From positions 192,001 through 256,000 of the forward strand of contig CAVXGR010000011.1 in assembly GCA_963761335.1 (NCBI GenBank): a DNA stretch of 64,000 nucleotides. Direction: 5' to 3'. The stretch's first letter is position 1. The number at the start of each line of letters is the position of its first letter. This document shows positions 30,610 through 41,217 of the stretch, piece after piece. The stretch is from an uncultured delta proteobacterium. Lineage in GTDB: Bacteria; Desulfobacterota; Binatia; HRBIN30; BPIQ01. Below the pieces are notes generated by a model that saw only the letters and a list, made by a program, of their open reading frames with translations, made no database searches and was not told the origin of the DNA. Both the position numbers and the translations under genes were made by a program.

Positions 30610-31419
30610 ATGGCGACCGAGCTGATCATCTGCGGCGCCGCCGGGCGCATGGGGCGAATGCTGATCTCGCTGGCGGCGCAGAGCTCCGAGCTGCGCCTCG
30701 CCGGCGCCGTCGAGGCCGCCGGAGTTGCGGCGCTCGGCAGCGACGCCGGCGAGGTCGCCGGGGTCGGCCGGTTGGGGGTCCCCATCTCGAGCGATTACGC
30801 TCCCCTGGCCCGACCCACGGCCGTGACTCTCGATTTCACCAACGCCGAGGCGGCGCTCGAGCACCTGCGCATCGCCGTCGACAGCGGCGCCCCGATCGTC
30901 ATCGGCAGCACCGGCTTCGACGCCGCGCAACAGGCGGAGCTCGAGCGGCTGGGGCCGCAGACGCGCTCGGTGATCTCCCCCAACATGAGCGTCGGCGTCA
31001 ACGTGCTGCTCGGCCTGGTCGGCGCTGCGGCGCGGGCGCTGGGCGACGCCTTCGACCCGGAGATCATCGAGATCCACCACCGCATGAAGGTCGACGCCCC
31101 CAGCGGCACCGCCCTCTCTCTGGCGCGCGCCGCCGCCGAGGCGCTGGGCCGCGACCTGCAGCGCCACGGCGTCTACGGGCGACAGGGGCTCGTCGGCAAG
31201 CGCACCGACGACGAGATCGGCGTCATGGCCCTGCGCGGCGGCGACGCCATCGGCGACCACACCGTCATGTTCGTCGGCATGGGCGAGCGCCTCGAGCTCA
31301 CCCACCGCGCCCAGAGCCGCGAGTGCCTGGCGCGCGGCGCCCTGCGCGCCGCCCAGTGGCTGGCGCAGCAGATCCAGCCGGGCCGCTACTCGATGGCCGA
31401 CGTGCTCGGGCTTCGCTAG
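30610..31419 (+). CDS. dapB: 4-hydroxy-tetrahydrodipicolinate reductase
   Basis: GAAGRMG, GSTG, NMSVGVN, EIHHRMKVDAPSGTA, RGGD. Confidence 0.98.
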   Translation: MATELIICGAAGRMGRMLISLAAQSSELRLAGAVEAAGVAALGSDAGEVAGVGRLGVPISSDYAPLARPTAVTLDFTNAEAALEHLRIAVDSGAPIVIGSTGFDAAQQAELERLGPQTRSVISPNMSVGVNVLLGLVGAAARALGDAFDPEIIEIHHRMKVDAPSGTALSLARAAAEALGRDLQRHGVYGRQGLVGKRTDDEIGVMALRGGDAIGDHTVMFVGMGERLELTHRAQSRECLARGALRAAQWLAQQIQPGRYSMADVLGLR

Positions 31420-32583
31420 GCGAAGGCCTTGCGGATGCGCTCCATGGCTTCCTTCAGGCGGGCGTCGGGAATGGTCAGGGAGAAGCGGACGTAGCCGTCG
31501 CCGTGCAGTCCGTAGGCGGCGCCAGCCGCCACCACCACGTGGCAGCGCTCGAAGAGCTGCGTGGCGAAGTCGATGCTCGAGACCCCTTTCGGCGTCGGCA
31601 CCCACAGGTAGAAGGTGCCGCGCGCCGGCGTGTAGCTGAGGCCGATCTGGCGCAGCGTGTCGAGCACCAGCTGCCGCCGGCGCGCGTAGATGGCCATCAT
31701 CACGTCGATGTGGCCACCGCACTCGTCCAAGGCGGTGATGCCGGCGTACTGGATGGCGTTGAACACGCCCGAGTCGGTGTTCTCCTTGACCTGCGATATG
31801 GCGGCGATCAGATCGGCGTTGCCGAGAGCCATGCCGAGCCGCCAGCCGGTCATGTTGAACGGCTTGGACAGCGAGTTGAGCTCGACGCCGACGTCCTTGG
31901 CCCCGGGAACCGAGAGAAAGCTGAGCGGCCGCTCGCCGTCGAAGACGATCTCGATGTACGGGTTGTCGTAGCAGACCGCGACGTCGTACGTCTTGGCCCA
32001 CTCGACCAGCTCGCGCAGGAAGGCGGTGCTGGCGACGGCCCCAGTGGGGTTGTTCGGATAGTTGAGAAAAATGGCGCTGGCGCGGCGCGCGGTCTCCGCG
32101 GGAATGTCGGCCAGCTTGGGAAGATAGGCGTTGCTCTCGAGAATGGGCACGCTGACCGGCTCGCCGCCGGCCAGCAGGATGCTGGCGCGATAGGCGGGGT
32201 AGCCGGGATCGGTCATCAGCACCACATCGCCCGGGTTCACCCGCGCCCAGAACGAAATGGTGACAGCCCTCCTTGGAGCCGATCAGGCCGAGGACCTCGG
32301 TGGCTGGATCGATCTTGACGCCGTACCGCCGCTCGTACCAGCCGGCGACCGACCGGCGAAAGGCGAGCATGCCCTTCTCCTCGTCGGTGGGATAGCGGTG
32401 GTTCTCGGGATCCCGCGCCGCCTCGGCGAGCCGCTCCACGATCGGCGTGGGAGTGGCCTCGACCGGATCGCCGATCGCCAGGCTGATGACGTCGATGCCG
32501 GCGGCGCGCGCCTTGCCGATCTTGTTCCGCAGCTCCATGAAGAGGTAGGGCGGAATTTTCTGGAGGCGTTCGGCCTTCTGCAT
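31416..32583 (-). CDS. dapL: LL-diaminopimelate aminotransferase (frameshift at ~32247)
   Basis: N-terminal AERLQKIPPYLF...ISLAIGDP...LIGSKEG joins VNPGDVVL...NYPNNPTG...SLSKPFNMTGWRLG...KENTDSG if one G is removed from a GGG run; adjacent to dapFAB. Confidence 0.85.
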
Positions 32584-32842
32584 CTCAACTCCTTCGCAGA
32601 AATTTAGCCGCCAACGCCTAGCACCCGCTCAGCGGCGCTTCAAGGTGACGCAGGTGGGAAAGATTTCGTCGCCTTAAATTTTCGCGCAATCGTTGTAATA
32701 CATGCCGTTAAGGGGTAAACAGTCCGCCGCAAATACATCGCTCCAGCGTTCGGGCCGCCGGGTCCGGGAGGTGCCATCAGCCTTCCTCACGCGTGGTGAA
32801 TGAGGGCTCCAGGCAGAGAAAACACCGGGATCGCGCATACTT

Positions 32843-33337
32843 ATGCCCCATCGAGCCTTTATCGGCATCGGATCCAACTTGGGCGACCGAAAGGCGAACT
32901 ATCGGGAAGCATGCGAACGTATCGGCGCTCTGCCAGACACCAGGATCGTCAAGCAGTCCTCGCTCTACGAGAGCGAGCCTCTCGGTGACGCCAAGACCTG
33001 GTTCGTCAACAGCGTCATCGAGATCGAGACCGAGTCCGCCCCCGAGCAGCTGCTGAAGAGCCTGCTGGCGATCGAAAAGACCATGGGACGCAAGCGCGTC
33101 CGCGGCAAGCGCTGGGGCTCCCGGATCATCGATCTCGACATCCTGCTGTTCGACAGCGAGGTGATCGAGAAGCGGAACCTGAAGATCCCCCATCCCGAGA
33201 TCCAGAACCGTCGCTTCGTCCTCGCACCGCTCAGCGAGCTGGCACCGCAGTTCATTCACCCGAAGCTGAACGCCAGCGTCAGCGAGCTCCTCGCCGGTCT
33301 GAAGAGCACCAAGAAGGTCCATCTCTTCCGCGGCTGA
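32843..33337 (+). CDS. folK: 2-amino-4-hydroxy-6-hydroxymethyldihydropteridine diphosphokinase
   Basis: IGIGSNLGD, SSLYESEP, FVNSV, WGSRIIDLDILL, IPHP...RRFVLAPL. Confidence 0.97.
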   Translation: MPHRAFIGIGSNLGDRKANYREACERIGALPDTRIVKQSSLYESEPLGDAKTWFVNSVIEIETESAPEQLLKSLLAIEKTMGRKRVRGKRWGSRIIDLDILLFDSEVIEKRNLKIPHPEIQNRRFVLAPLSELAPQFIHPKLNASVSELLAGLKSTKKVHLFRG

Positions 33338-33399
33338 GAAGGCTGCGCTTGAGTGGCCGGGTTGAACCCAGGGAGCCGGTCCGCCGCCCCGCGGGCATA

Positions 33400-33450
33400 G
33401 GAGAAGCGGCGTCTCGCCGCTTCGGAAAGCGCCGGGACGGCGCTTCTACT
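33400..33450. repeat. GTAG-type REP-like double palindrome (copy 1)
   Basis: GAGAAGCGGCGTCTCGCCGCTTCGGAAAGCGCCGGGACGGCGCTTCTAC; near-identical reverse complement of 49490-49542; between convergent genes. Confidence 0.8.
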
Positions 33451-33467
33451 TTACTCTCGAGACAGCC

Positions 33468-35333
33468 TCACTCCGACATCAGCTGCAGCAGCGCAACCAC
33501 GTCGGCGGCATCGATGCGCGAATCGCCGTTGATGTCTGCGTCAGCCGGCGGCACAACCCCGCCCTGCCCGAAGATCTCCCCGATCAGTAGCTCGAGATCA
33601 CGGCCGTCGAGAACGCCATCGCCGTTCAGGTCACCGGGAACCACTCCGGTCGTCGGCGTCGGCGATGCCGCGGGCGTCGCCGACGAGGTGGGCTCCGAAG
33701 TCGGGGAGGCGGGCTGCGGTGACTCCGTGGCAGTGCTTGCCGCGGTCGCGCTGGATACCGGGACCGGGGTCTCGGTATCCGCCGGCGGAGCCGTCGCGGT
33801 CGCCGATGGCGGCGGTGTCACCGTCGGCGCCGTTCTGGTCGCCGTGGCGGTGGGCGGTGGCGTTCCGGTGCTGGTGGGCGTCGTCGTCGAAGCGCCGCGC
33901 GGGGTCCACGTCGACGTGGGCGTGCGGGTGAAGGTCCGCGTCGGCAGCGGCGTCAGGGTGATCGTCGGTGTCCAGGTGCGGGTGGGGATGCGTGTCTCGG
34001 TCGCCGTGGTCGACGGGGTCGCCGTGCGGAAGGGGGACGGCGTCGCCGTCATCGACGGGGACAGCGTCGCCGTCGGCGTCACCGTCGGCCCGGCGGCGGA
34101 GTTCAGCCAGTACGCAACGGTGATGTCCTGACTGCTCACTCCGTCCAGGAGCGGAATGCTGAGGCCGAGCGCCGCACCGTCCGTCCCTTCCTGAGGGTCG
34201 GACATGATGGCACTGCAATCGAAGGGAGCACCGGTGGCGGTGGTCAGGCAGGGGAACAGACCGCAGTTGCCGCCGGGACCGATGTTCTGGCCCGCCATGT
34301 CGTTGGCATCCAGAACGGCTGCGGTTGCGGCACCGGTGGTCAGCGGCACCAGGACCGGCGGACGCTGGTCGGGATCATCCTCCGTGCAGGGCAGGCCATC
34401 GGGGCCGTAGGCGGGGTTCCCCGGCTGCGCCGCACAGCCATCCCCGGAGCCCGGAGCGAAGAGCACAGATACGGAGAGGTTCAGCCAGAAAACGCCGGAG
34501 CCCGGCCCGCCACTGCCGGAAGCAGTGCTGCGCAGCGGCCCGTTGCACAGGCCGTCGTGTGGCGACGACGGGTTGCACGCCGGCGGCGCGGCTCCGTTCT
34601 CCAGACATGCCTGGCTTCCGGTGGTGAGATCGAAGGCGCTGCATTCGGGATCGACGTCGGCGGTGTCGTGGTCGCGGCTCAGCAGGAAGTCCACCGGCGA
34701 CAGCCCCGCGCAGCCGATCGAGCCGCCACCGGCATTGCCCACACCGAAGAGGTCGGCGTCCTCCACCGGGCGAAAGCAGGCGCACAGGCCGCTGCCCTGC
34801 ACGGGTGGGATGACGATCCCGTCGACCGGCAGCGCTACCGGGATGACCCCGTCGGCACCCGGCGAACCGATCACCAGGGTCACGGCAGCGTCGAGTCGCG
34901 AGCGGTCGATCGGCTCGATGAAGGCCTGGGCTGTCTGGAAGCGCAGGTTGCTGCGCGCCGGGTCGCTGACGAAGAAGGTGGCGGTCTCCAGCGAGCAGTT
35001 GGCGGCGCACCCGTCGCCGCCGAAGTGGTTGCCGTCGTCGCACTCCTCGTCGCCCTCGGTTGTGCCGTTGCCGCACATGGGCTCGACCGTCGGTGTCGGC
35101 GTCGGCGAAGGGGGCGGAGTGACGGTGGGGCTGGCCGTGGGCCCGGTCGCCGTGGCGCTGGGCTCGGGGGGCGCAACCGTGGCGGTCGCCGTGGGTGTCT
35201 CCTCCGCCGGCGTCATCGTCTGGGCGCCGGCCGGGCAAGCGAGGAGCATCACCGCGGCCAACAGAGCCAGTAGCGGCGCTGCGCCGCCAACCCGTCGCTT
35301 CCAGAAGCTGCCCTGCCGTCGTTTCCCGCGCAT
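33468..35333 (-). CDS. Secreted protein: Pro/Thr-rich linkers, Myxococcus-type Cys-rich repeat, C-terminal dockerin-like domain
   Basis: Signal peptide ending AGA-Q; CGNGTTEGDEECDDGN..GGDGCAANC; long TPT repeats; paired Ca-binding loops GDLNGDGVLDGRDL and ADINGDSRIDAADV. Confidence 0.85.
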   Translation of the reverse strand: MRGKRRQGSFWKRRVGGAAPLLALLAAVMLLACPAGAQTMTPAEETPTATATVAPPEPSATATGPTASPTVTPPPSPTPTPTVEPMCGNGTTEGDEECDDGNHFGGDGCAANCSLETATFFVSDPARSNLRFQTAQAFIEPIDRSRLDAAVTLVIGSPGADGVIPVALPVDGIVIPPVQGSGLCACFRPVEDADLFGVGNAGGGSIGCAGLSPVDFLLSRDHDTADVDPECSAFDLTTGSQACLENGAAPPACNPSSPHDGLCNGPLRSTASGSGGPGSGVFWLNLSVSVLFAPGSGDGCAAQPGNPAYGPDGLPCTEDDPDQRPPVLVPLTTGAATAAVLDANDMAGQNIGPGGNCGLFPCLTTATGAPFDCSAIMSDPQEGTDGAALGLSIPLLDGVSSQDITVAYWLNSAAGPTVTPTATLSPSMTATPSPFRTATPSTTATETRIPTRTWTPTITLTPLPTRTFTRTPTSTWTPRGASTTTPTSTGTPPPTATATRTAPTVTPPPSATATAPPADTETPVPVSSATAASTATESPQPASPTSEPTSSATPAASPTPTTGVVPGDLNGDGVLDGRDLELLIGEIFGQGGVVPPADADINGDSRIDAADVVALLQLMSE

Positions 35334-35470
35334 GCGAAAGTCCCTACGGAGCCGCAAGCTGTAGCCTCTAGCACAGAACCGTGCAGCGATTGAAGCTGCG
35401 CGGCCCGCCGACGCTCGTGCAAGCGCGGCGGTACCCGCGGAGGGCGGCTTCTGATAAGAAGGGCCCCCGC

Positions 35471-36515
35471 ATGAACGCCTTCCGCCCGACAATCCTGCAG
35501 ATGCGTGGCTATACCCCCGGCGAGCAACCCCAGGATCGCCGCTACGTGAAGCTCAACACCAACGAGAACCCCTACCCTCCCTCGCCTCGCGCCATCGAGG
35601 CGGTGCGCGCCGCCGCTGGGGCGGACATGCGGCTCTACCCCGATCCGCTCGCCGGAGACCTGCGGCGCGCCGCCGCGGATCTGTACGGAGTCGACGCCGA
35701 TCAGGTGTTGGTGGGCAACGGCTCTGACGATCTGCTCACCATTCTCTTCCGGACCTGTGTCGGCCGCGGAGACCGGGCGGCGTATCCGGTGCCGACCTAC
35801 AGCCTCTACGACACTCTGGTCCGCTTGCAGGACGGCGAGGCCGTCCGCCCCGCCTTTGGCGGCGACTTCGTCCTTCCCGAGGCGATCGACGCGGCGGGGG
35901 CGCGACTGACGATCATCTGCAATCCCAACTCTCCCTCCGGCACGCTCACGCCGATCGAGCGCCTCGAGCGCCTCGCCGAACGGGTGGACGGTCTGCTCGT
36001 GGTCGACGAAGCCTACATCGACTTCGCCGAGGAAAAGGCGACGGCGTTGCCGCTCCTACGGCGGCACCAGAACGTCGTCGTCCTGCGCACACTCTCGAAG
36101 TCGTACTCACTCGCCGGCATGCGCATCGGCCTCGGCTTCGCGGTGCCGGCGGTCATCGGCGAGCTGTGCAAAGCCAAAGACTCATACAACATCAGCCGCA
36201 CCAGCATCGCCGCGGGGGCCGCGGCCTTGCAGGACCAGGAGCACATGCGCGCCAACGTGGCGCGCATCCGCCGCACCCGCGAGCATCTCATCGCCGAGCT
36301 TGGTCAGCTCGGCTACGCGGTGCCGCCGAGCCAGGCCAACTTCGTCCTGGCGCGCCGCGCCGGGCGCCGACCAGGAGCCGGTATACCGCGCCTTGAAGGA
36401 GCACGGTGTTCTGGTGCGCTACTTCGCCACCCCCGACCTCTTCGACGCCCTCCGCATCAGCGTCGGCACCGACGAGGAGGTCGAGCGGCTGCTGTCGGCC
36501 CTGCGCGAGGCGTAG
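35471..36515 (+). CDS. hisC: Histidinol-phosphate aminotransferase (frameshift at ~36363)
   Basis: YTPGEQP, KLNTNENPY, GNGSDD, NPNSPSG, DEAY, RTLSKSYSLAGMRIG; C-terminus LKEHGVLVRYF...LRISVGT in a shifted frame after an extra G. Confidence 0.93.
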
Positions 36516-36594
36516 CGCAGGGAGCGCGGCTCGCTTGGCCGCCACGGCTCTTTGACCTCTACTTGCGGCCGGGACGGCGGCGCTCCCGGGCCGG

Positions 36595-37968
36595 CTACTT
36601 CGCGGGGGTACTGGCGGCGGCCCGCGTCGGCGTCGGCTGCACCATGAAGTCGCGGCGCTGCTTGTCCACCCGCTTCTCGACGTAATCGCGCACCAGCAGC
36701 ACGGTGCCGCTACCGGCGCGGGTGGCGGCGATCTCGGTCTTCTCGTCGTGCTGCCACTTGCCGAGCAGGATGGTACCGATCTCCTTGTCGCCCTCGCCGC
36801 TGATGGTGATCGAGATCTCCGGGGCCGCCAGGCCGTAGATGCTGAGATCGGTGACGCCGTCGGCCACGACTTCGGAGCCCTTGAGATCGTCGACATCGGC
36901 AATGAACTGCGTCGCCGCCCGCTCCGAAGTCTGTCCCTCGGCATTCGCCAGTCGCCAGGTGTCGTCGGCGCGCACCAGCTTGAAGCCGCCGCCGTCGGCG
37001 CGCTGCACCTGCACCGAGCTCAGCTTGTCCTTGTCGAAGGCGAGCAGGGTCTTGTCGCGGAAGTCGTTGGCCGACTTGTCGAGGTCGCGAAAGGCCCAGT
37101 CGCCGACGGCGTAGACCGTCGGTGCCGCGGCGGTCTTCACGAAGATCTGGCTCGGCTCGTTGTCCTTGCCGACCAGCAGCTCGTCCGTCTTGTCGCCGCC
37201 CAGCCCGACGCTGACCGTCAATCGCGGCGCCGCCAGGCCGTACTGCTGCAGATCGGTGGGCGCCTCGCTGGGGAAATCGACGGCGCGCAGGTTGCGCAGG
37301 GTGGACAGATAGCTGCGCACGATGGTGTCGTCGGCGGCGTGATCGCCCGGCGACTCGATGCGCCAGCGCCCGTCCTTCTTCACCAGAACGATGTCGGCGC
37401 CTTCCTTGTGGACCGCGATCCGCTGCACCTGGTCGTCGGTGAAGGTGAGAATCGACTTGTCGCGCAGGTCCTTCGGCTTCTTGTCGAGGGTCGAGCGGCA
37501 ACTGGTGGAGGTGAGCAGCAGCTTGTCCTCGCCGCTGCGCAAAGCGTAGGCGGCATCGCCGACCGGCGCCGCTTTGCCGATCTCGAGCGCCGGCACCTCC
37601 TTGCCGGGAACGGTGATCTTCACCGTGGTCATCGGCTTGTCGAGACCGTAAGGCGCCAGATCCTTCGGCTTCTCCTCGATCGTGCGCTTGAGCTCGCACT
37701 GCGACAGCGTCTTCAAGAGGCTCTGTACCGAGATGCCGTCGGCCTTCGCTTTCACCGGCTCGCTGAGACTCCAGGCGCCGTTCGCCTTCTCGACGACGAT
37801 CTTTCGATCGGGATAGGTCAACGACACCGCGGTGACGGCGTCGGGATCGAACTGGAGAACCGTCTCCTTCTTCTCCTCCTTCACCGCGGCGGGATACTCG
37901 ACGAAGTAGACGTACCCGCCCAGCCCGAGAAGGACGATCAGGAGGATCAGAGTGTTGCGGAATCGCAT
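36595..37968 (-). CDS. DUF4340-type repeat protein (ABC/Gld-associated periplasmic component)
   Basis: N-terminal anchor and three repeats each with YGL..P and (L/F)RDK motifs; last gene of the Gld-like operon. Confidence 0.85.
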   Translation of the reverse strand: MRFRNTLILLIVLLGLGGYVYFVEYPAAVKEEKKETVLQFDPDAVTAVSLTYPDRKIVVEKANGAWSLSEPVKAKADGISVQSLLKTLSQCELKRTIEEKPKDLAPYGLDKPMTTVKITVPGKEVPALEIGKAAPVGDAAYALRSGEDKLLLTSTSCRSTLDKKPKDLRDKSILTFTDDQVQRIAVHKEGADIVLVKKDGRWRIESPGDHAADDTIVRSYLSTLRNLRAVDFPSEAPTDLQQYGLAAPRLTVSVGLGGDKTDELLVGKDNEPSQIFVKTAAAPTVYAVGDWAFRDLDKSANDFRDKTLLAFDKDKLSSVQVQRADGGGFKLVRADDTWRLANAEGQTSERAATQFIADVDDLKGSEVVADGVTDLSIYGLAAPEISITISGEGDKEIGTILLGKWQHDEKTEIAATRAGSGTVLLVRDYVEKRVDKQRRDFMVQPTPTRAAASTPAK

Positions 37969-37974
37969 GGCGAT

Positions 37975-39528
37975 TCAGGCGTTGGCGCGCCGCCACCAGA
38001 CGGCGAGACCGGCGATCAGCAGCACCTCCGGGAGAATCAGCACGGAAACATAGAAGATCAGGGTGCCTTCCGACGGCGTGAACTGCGCCCGCGAGGCGCG
38101 AATCGTCCGCGGCCGGATCGACACCAGATCCGACTCACCCACAAGCCAGCCGGCGGCGTTGAGGAAGAGATCGCGGTTGTAGAAGGTGCCTTCCAGATGG
38201 TCGTTGTCGGCGAACTGGGAGCTGCCGAAGACCACCAGGCGCGTCTCCTGCTTGCCCGCGCCGCCCGCCTGCGAGCCCTCCACCGCCACGCCGACGGAGA
38301 CCGGACCCTTCTTGTCGGTCGCCGGATCGAGCACGGCCTGATGGTTGTCGAACAGCGCCTCGAGATCCGTCTCCGCCCAGCTCGACGCCGAGGTCTTGAC
38401 CAGGTCGGTGCCGTGCAGGGTCGCTTTGCCCGCCGTGTCGGTGCTCACCGAGCGGGTCATCGGGAAGATGGTTCGCTCGTGAAAGCCCTGGGTGATCTCG
38501 TGCTCGCCGTAGGTGTCGACCAGCGGCGCCAGGCCGAGGGCGGGCCCCTGGAACAGGCGCATCACCTGGTCGACGACGACGTCGTTGCCGACCTTCACTC
38601 CCCAGCTCGCCAGCAGCGGCTCGAGCTTTTCTCCCTTGCGCGGTGGCAGCAACGCCAGCAGGCGACCGCCACCGGCGAGATAGGTCTCCAGGGCGTGCAC
38701 CTCGCTGTCGAGGAGCGGCTTGTCCGGACCCGCCTCGACCACCAGGCTGCAGTCGTCCGGCACCTTCGCCAGGCTCGCCAGCAGGATCTTCTTGACCTCG
38801 TAGTTCTCGTTCTCGAGCGCCGTCTTGGCGGACGCGTACCCCTGCGGGCTCTGGGCATCGTTGGTGTCGGGCTCGCCGTGCCCCTCGATGAAACACACCA
38901 CTTTCTTGCCGCCGCGAGTGACGCGAATGAGGGCGTTGGTCAGCGTCTCCTCGTTCGGCTGCGTGACCAGCGTGGTCTCCTTGCCGTACTCCACCACCAC
39001 GGTGTTGTAGGCGGTGACCTTGTACTTCTCCGCGGTCACCGGGTCCTTCTGCGGGTCGATCATCTGGTACGAGACCTTGCCCGACTCGTACTTGAAGCTG
39101 TCGAGCAGGTCGTGCAGCTCCGGGTTCTCGCCGCCCTCGACGAAGGCGCGCAGAACCAGATCCTTGTCCAGGTTCTTCACCACCTTCTTGGCCTGCGGAG
39201 AGAGGCTGTAGACGCCGGCCTCGGTGAGATCGAAGCGGTGGTGGTGACGGGTGGAGATGTAGTTCAGCAGGCCGAGAACGGCGAGAAAGATCACCGTGTA
39301 GAGGAAGGCGTTCGCCCCGTAGCGCGTCGAGCGCTCGCCGACGAAGCTGCGCAGGCTGTCGACTCCGGAGCTGAGATAGGCGATCAGGGCAAGCACGCCA
39401 AAGCCGGCGTGCACGAGAATGTAGACGACGTCGACGCTGTTGCGCCCCCCGGTGAGCAGCCAGGCAGCGCCCGCGAAGGCGAGCAGGATGAGACCGACGA
39501 GACCGAGGAGAGAGCTGGAGCGACGCAC
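37975..39528 (-). CDS. GldG-family ABC-type auxiliary component
   Basis: RFDLTEAGVYSLS, EETLTNAL, FIEGHGE, RLVVFGSS, NRDLFLNAAGWL, C-terminal TM + WWRR. Confidence 0.9.
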   Translation of the reverse strand: MRRSSSLLGLVGLILLAFAGAAWLLTGGRNSVDVVYILVHAGFGVLALIAYLSSGVDSLRSFVGERSTRYGANAFLYTVIFLAVLGLLNYISTRHHHRFDLTEAGVYSLSPQAKKVVKNLDKDLVLRAFVEGGENPELHDLLDSFKYESGKVSYQMIDPQKDPVTAEKYKVTAYNTVVVEYGKETTLVTQPNEETLTNALIRVTRGGKKVVCFIEGHGEPDTNDAQSPQGYASAKTALENENYEVKKILLASLAKVPDDCSLVVEAGPDKPLLDSEVHALETYLAGGGRLLALLPPRKGEKLEPLLASWGVKVGNDVVVDQVMRLFQGPALGLAPLVDTYGEHEITQGFHERTIFPMTRSVSTDTAGKATLHGTDLVKTSASSWAETDLEALFDNHQAVLDPATDKKGPVSVGVAVEGSQAGGAGKQETRLVVFGSSQFADNDHLEGTFYNRDLFLNAAGWLVGESDLVSIRPRTIRASRAQFTPSEGTLIFYVSVLILPEVLLIAGLAVWWRRANA

Positions 39529-39531
39529 CGG

Positions 39532-40305
39532 TTACCTCCAGCGGATCGACTCGACCGAGCGCTGCGTCAGGAACAGCGAGAGAACGATCACGGTGGCGAA
39601 GTAGACCAGATCGCGCGTGTCGATCAGGCCCTTCACCATCTCACTGAAATGCTCGGTCAAAGATAGATACTGCAGCACTCCGCCGACCACTCCTCCCGCC
39701 GACTCCGCCGGCCAGGAGATCACGTAGAGGAGCAGCAGCGCCACCAGGCAGCTCACCGCGGCGACGATCTGGTTCTCCGTCAGCGACGAGGTGAGCAGCC
39801 CGACCGAGACGAAGGAGGTGGCCAGGAGCAGCAGGCCGATATATCCGGCCGCCATCACTCCCGCCTCCGGATTGCCGTAGATCGCCAGGAGCAGGGGATA
39901 GATACCGGTCAGCGCCACCATGATCAGCGTGAAGCCGAAGGCGCCGAGGAACTTGCCGAGCACGATCTCGGTGACCGACAGCGGCGAGGTCATCAGCAGC
40001 TCGTAGGTGCCGGCGCGCTTCTCCTCGGCGAAGCTGCGCATGGTGATCACCGGCACCAGGATCACCAGCACCACGGAGAGGTTGTGCAGCAGCGGGGCGA
40101 TGACGAACTCGTTCAGGTTCAGATGCGCCATCGCCTCCGGGTTGCGCAGGGCGGAGTAGATGTTCAGCAGGAAGTTGAAGCGCGCCAGCAGATTGAAGAA
40201 GAACCAACCGCCCAGGAGCAGAAAGCCGGTGAGGACGACGTAGGCGATGGGTGAGACGAAGTAGGAGCGCAGCTCCTTGCCGGCGATCGTCAAGATGTTC
40301 TTCAT
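39532..40305 (-). CDS. GldF-like ABC-2 permease
   Basis: KELRSYFVSPIAY, TMRSFAEEKRAGTYELLMTSP, IVLGKF, SSLTENQIVA. Confidence 0.92.
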   Translation of the reverse strand: MKNILTIAGKELRSYFVSPIAYVVLTGFLLLGGWFFFNLLARFNFLLNIYSALRNPEAMAHLNLNEFVIAPLLHNLSVVLVILVPVITMRSFAEEKRAGTYELLMTSPLSVTEIVLGKFLGAFGFTLIMVALTGIYPLLLAIYGNPEAGVMAAGYIGLLLLATSFVSVGLLTSSLTENQIVAAVSCLVALLLLYVISWPAESAGGVVGGVLQYLSLTEHFSEMVKGLIDTRDLVYFATVIVLSLFLTQRSVESIRWR

Positions 40306-40321
40306 ATCCTCGACCGGGCCT

Positions 40322-41071
40322 TCAGGGCGCCGCCGCTGCCGCGGGAGACGCGCCCGGAGCCTCGACCTCTTTCGAGATGAAGCGCAGGAACACCTCCTCG
40401 AGGCTGCGGCCCTGCGTCAGCTCCGGCAAGAGGCCCTCGACGGCGATGCGCCCCTGGTTGATGATCACCACTTTCTCGCAGAGCTGGGCGACCTCGGGCA
40501 GGATGTGCGTCGAGAGGATCACCGTGCGCTCGCCGGCGAGCTCGCGGATGAGCGTGCGGATGTCGATGATCTGGCGCGGATCGAGGCCGATGGTCGGCTC
40601 GTCGAGCACCAGCACGGCGGGATCGTTGATCAGCGCCTGCGCCAGACCGACGCGCTGGCGGAAGCCCTTGGAGAGATGGCCACAGACGCGTCTCTGCACC
40701 TCGCCGAGGCCGCAGCGCTCGACACCGCGATCGACGGCGCCGCGGAGATTGGCGTTGGCCACACCCTTGATGCGCGCCGCAAACTCGAGATAGCCGCTCA
40801 CCGTCATGTCGTTGTACAGAGGCGGGTTCTCGGGCAGATAGCCGATGCGCTTGCGCACCTCGTAGGACTGCTCGAAGATGTCGAAGCCCGCCACCTTCAC
40901 CGTCCCCGACGAGGCCGGCAGAAAGCCGGTGATGATGCGCATCGTCGTGGTCTTGCCGGCGCCGTTGGGACCGAGAAAGCCGAGAATCTGTCCCTTTTCG
41001 GCGGTGAAGCTGATGTCCCGGATGGCGACGATGTCGCCATATCTCTTGGTGAGCTGGCGCACCTCAATCAT
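40322..41071 (-). CDS. GldA-like ABC transporter ATP-binding protein
   Basis: GPNGAGKTT, LSKGFRQR, LDEPTIGLDP, STHIL. Confidence 0.95.
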   Translation of the reverse strand: MIEVRQLTKRYGDIVAIRDISFTAEKGQILGFLGPNGAGKTTTMRIITGFLPASSGTVKVAGFDIFEQSYEVRKRIGYLPENPPLYNDMTVSGYLEFAARIKGVANANLRGAVDRGVERCGLGEVQRRVCGHLSKGFRQRVGLAQALINDPAVLVLDEPTIGLDPRQIIDIRTLIRELAGERTVILSTHILPEVAQLCEKVVIINQGRIAVEGLLPELTQGRSLEEVFLRFISKEVEAPGASPAAAAAP

Positions 41072-41217
41072 CGGGCTGCTCGCGACATAAGCAAAGCGGT
41101 TAGTCTACCTCAACACGAGAAAAAACGATCGCTGTTTAGACATCGGGTTTCGGGTTGTCAAGGCAGCGCCGCGATGCGGTGATTCACCGGAGCCATTGTG
41201 TTACCCTGCCCCTGCCC

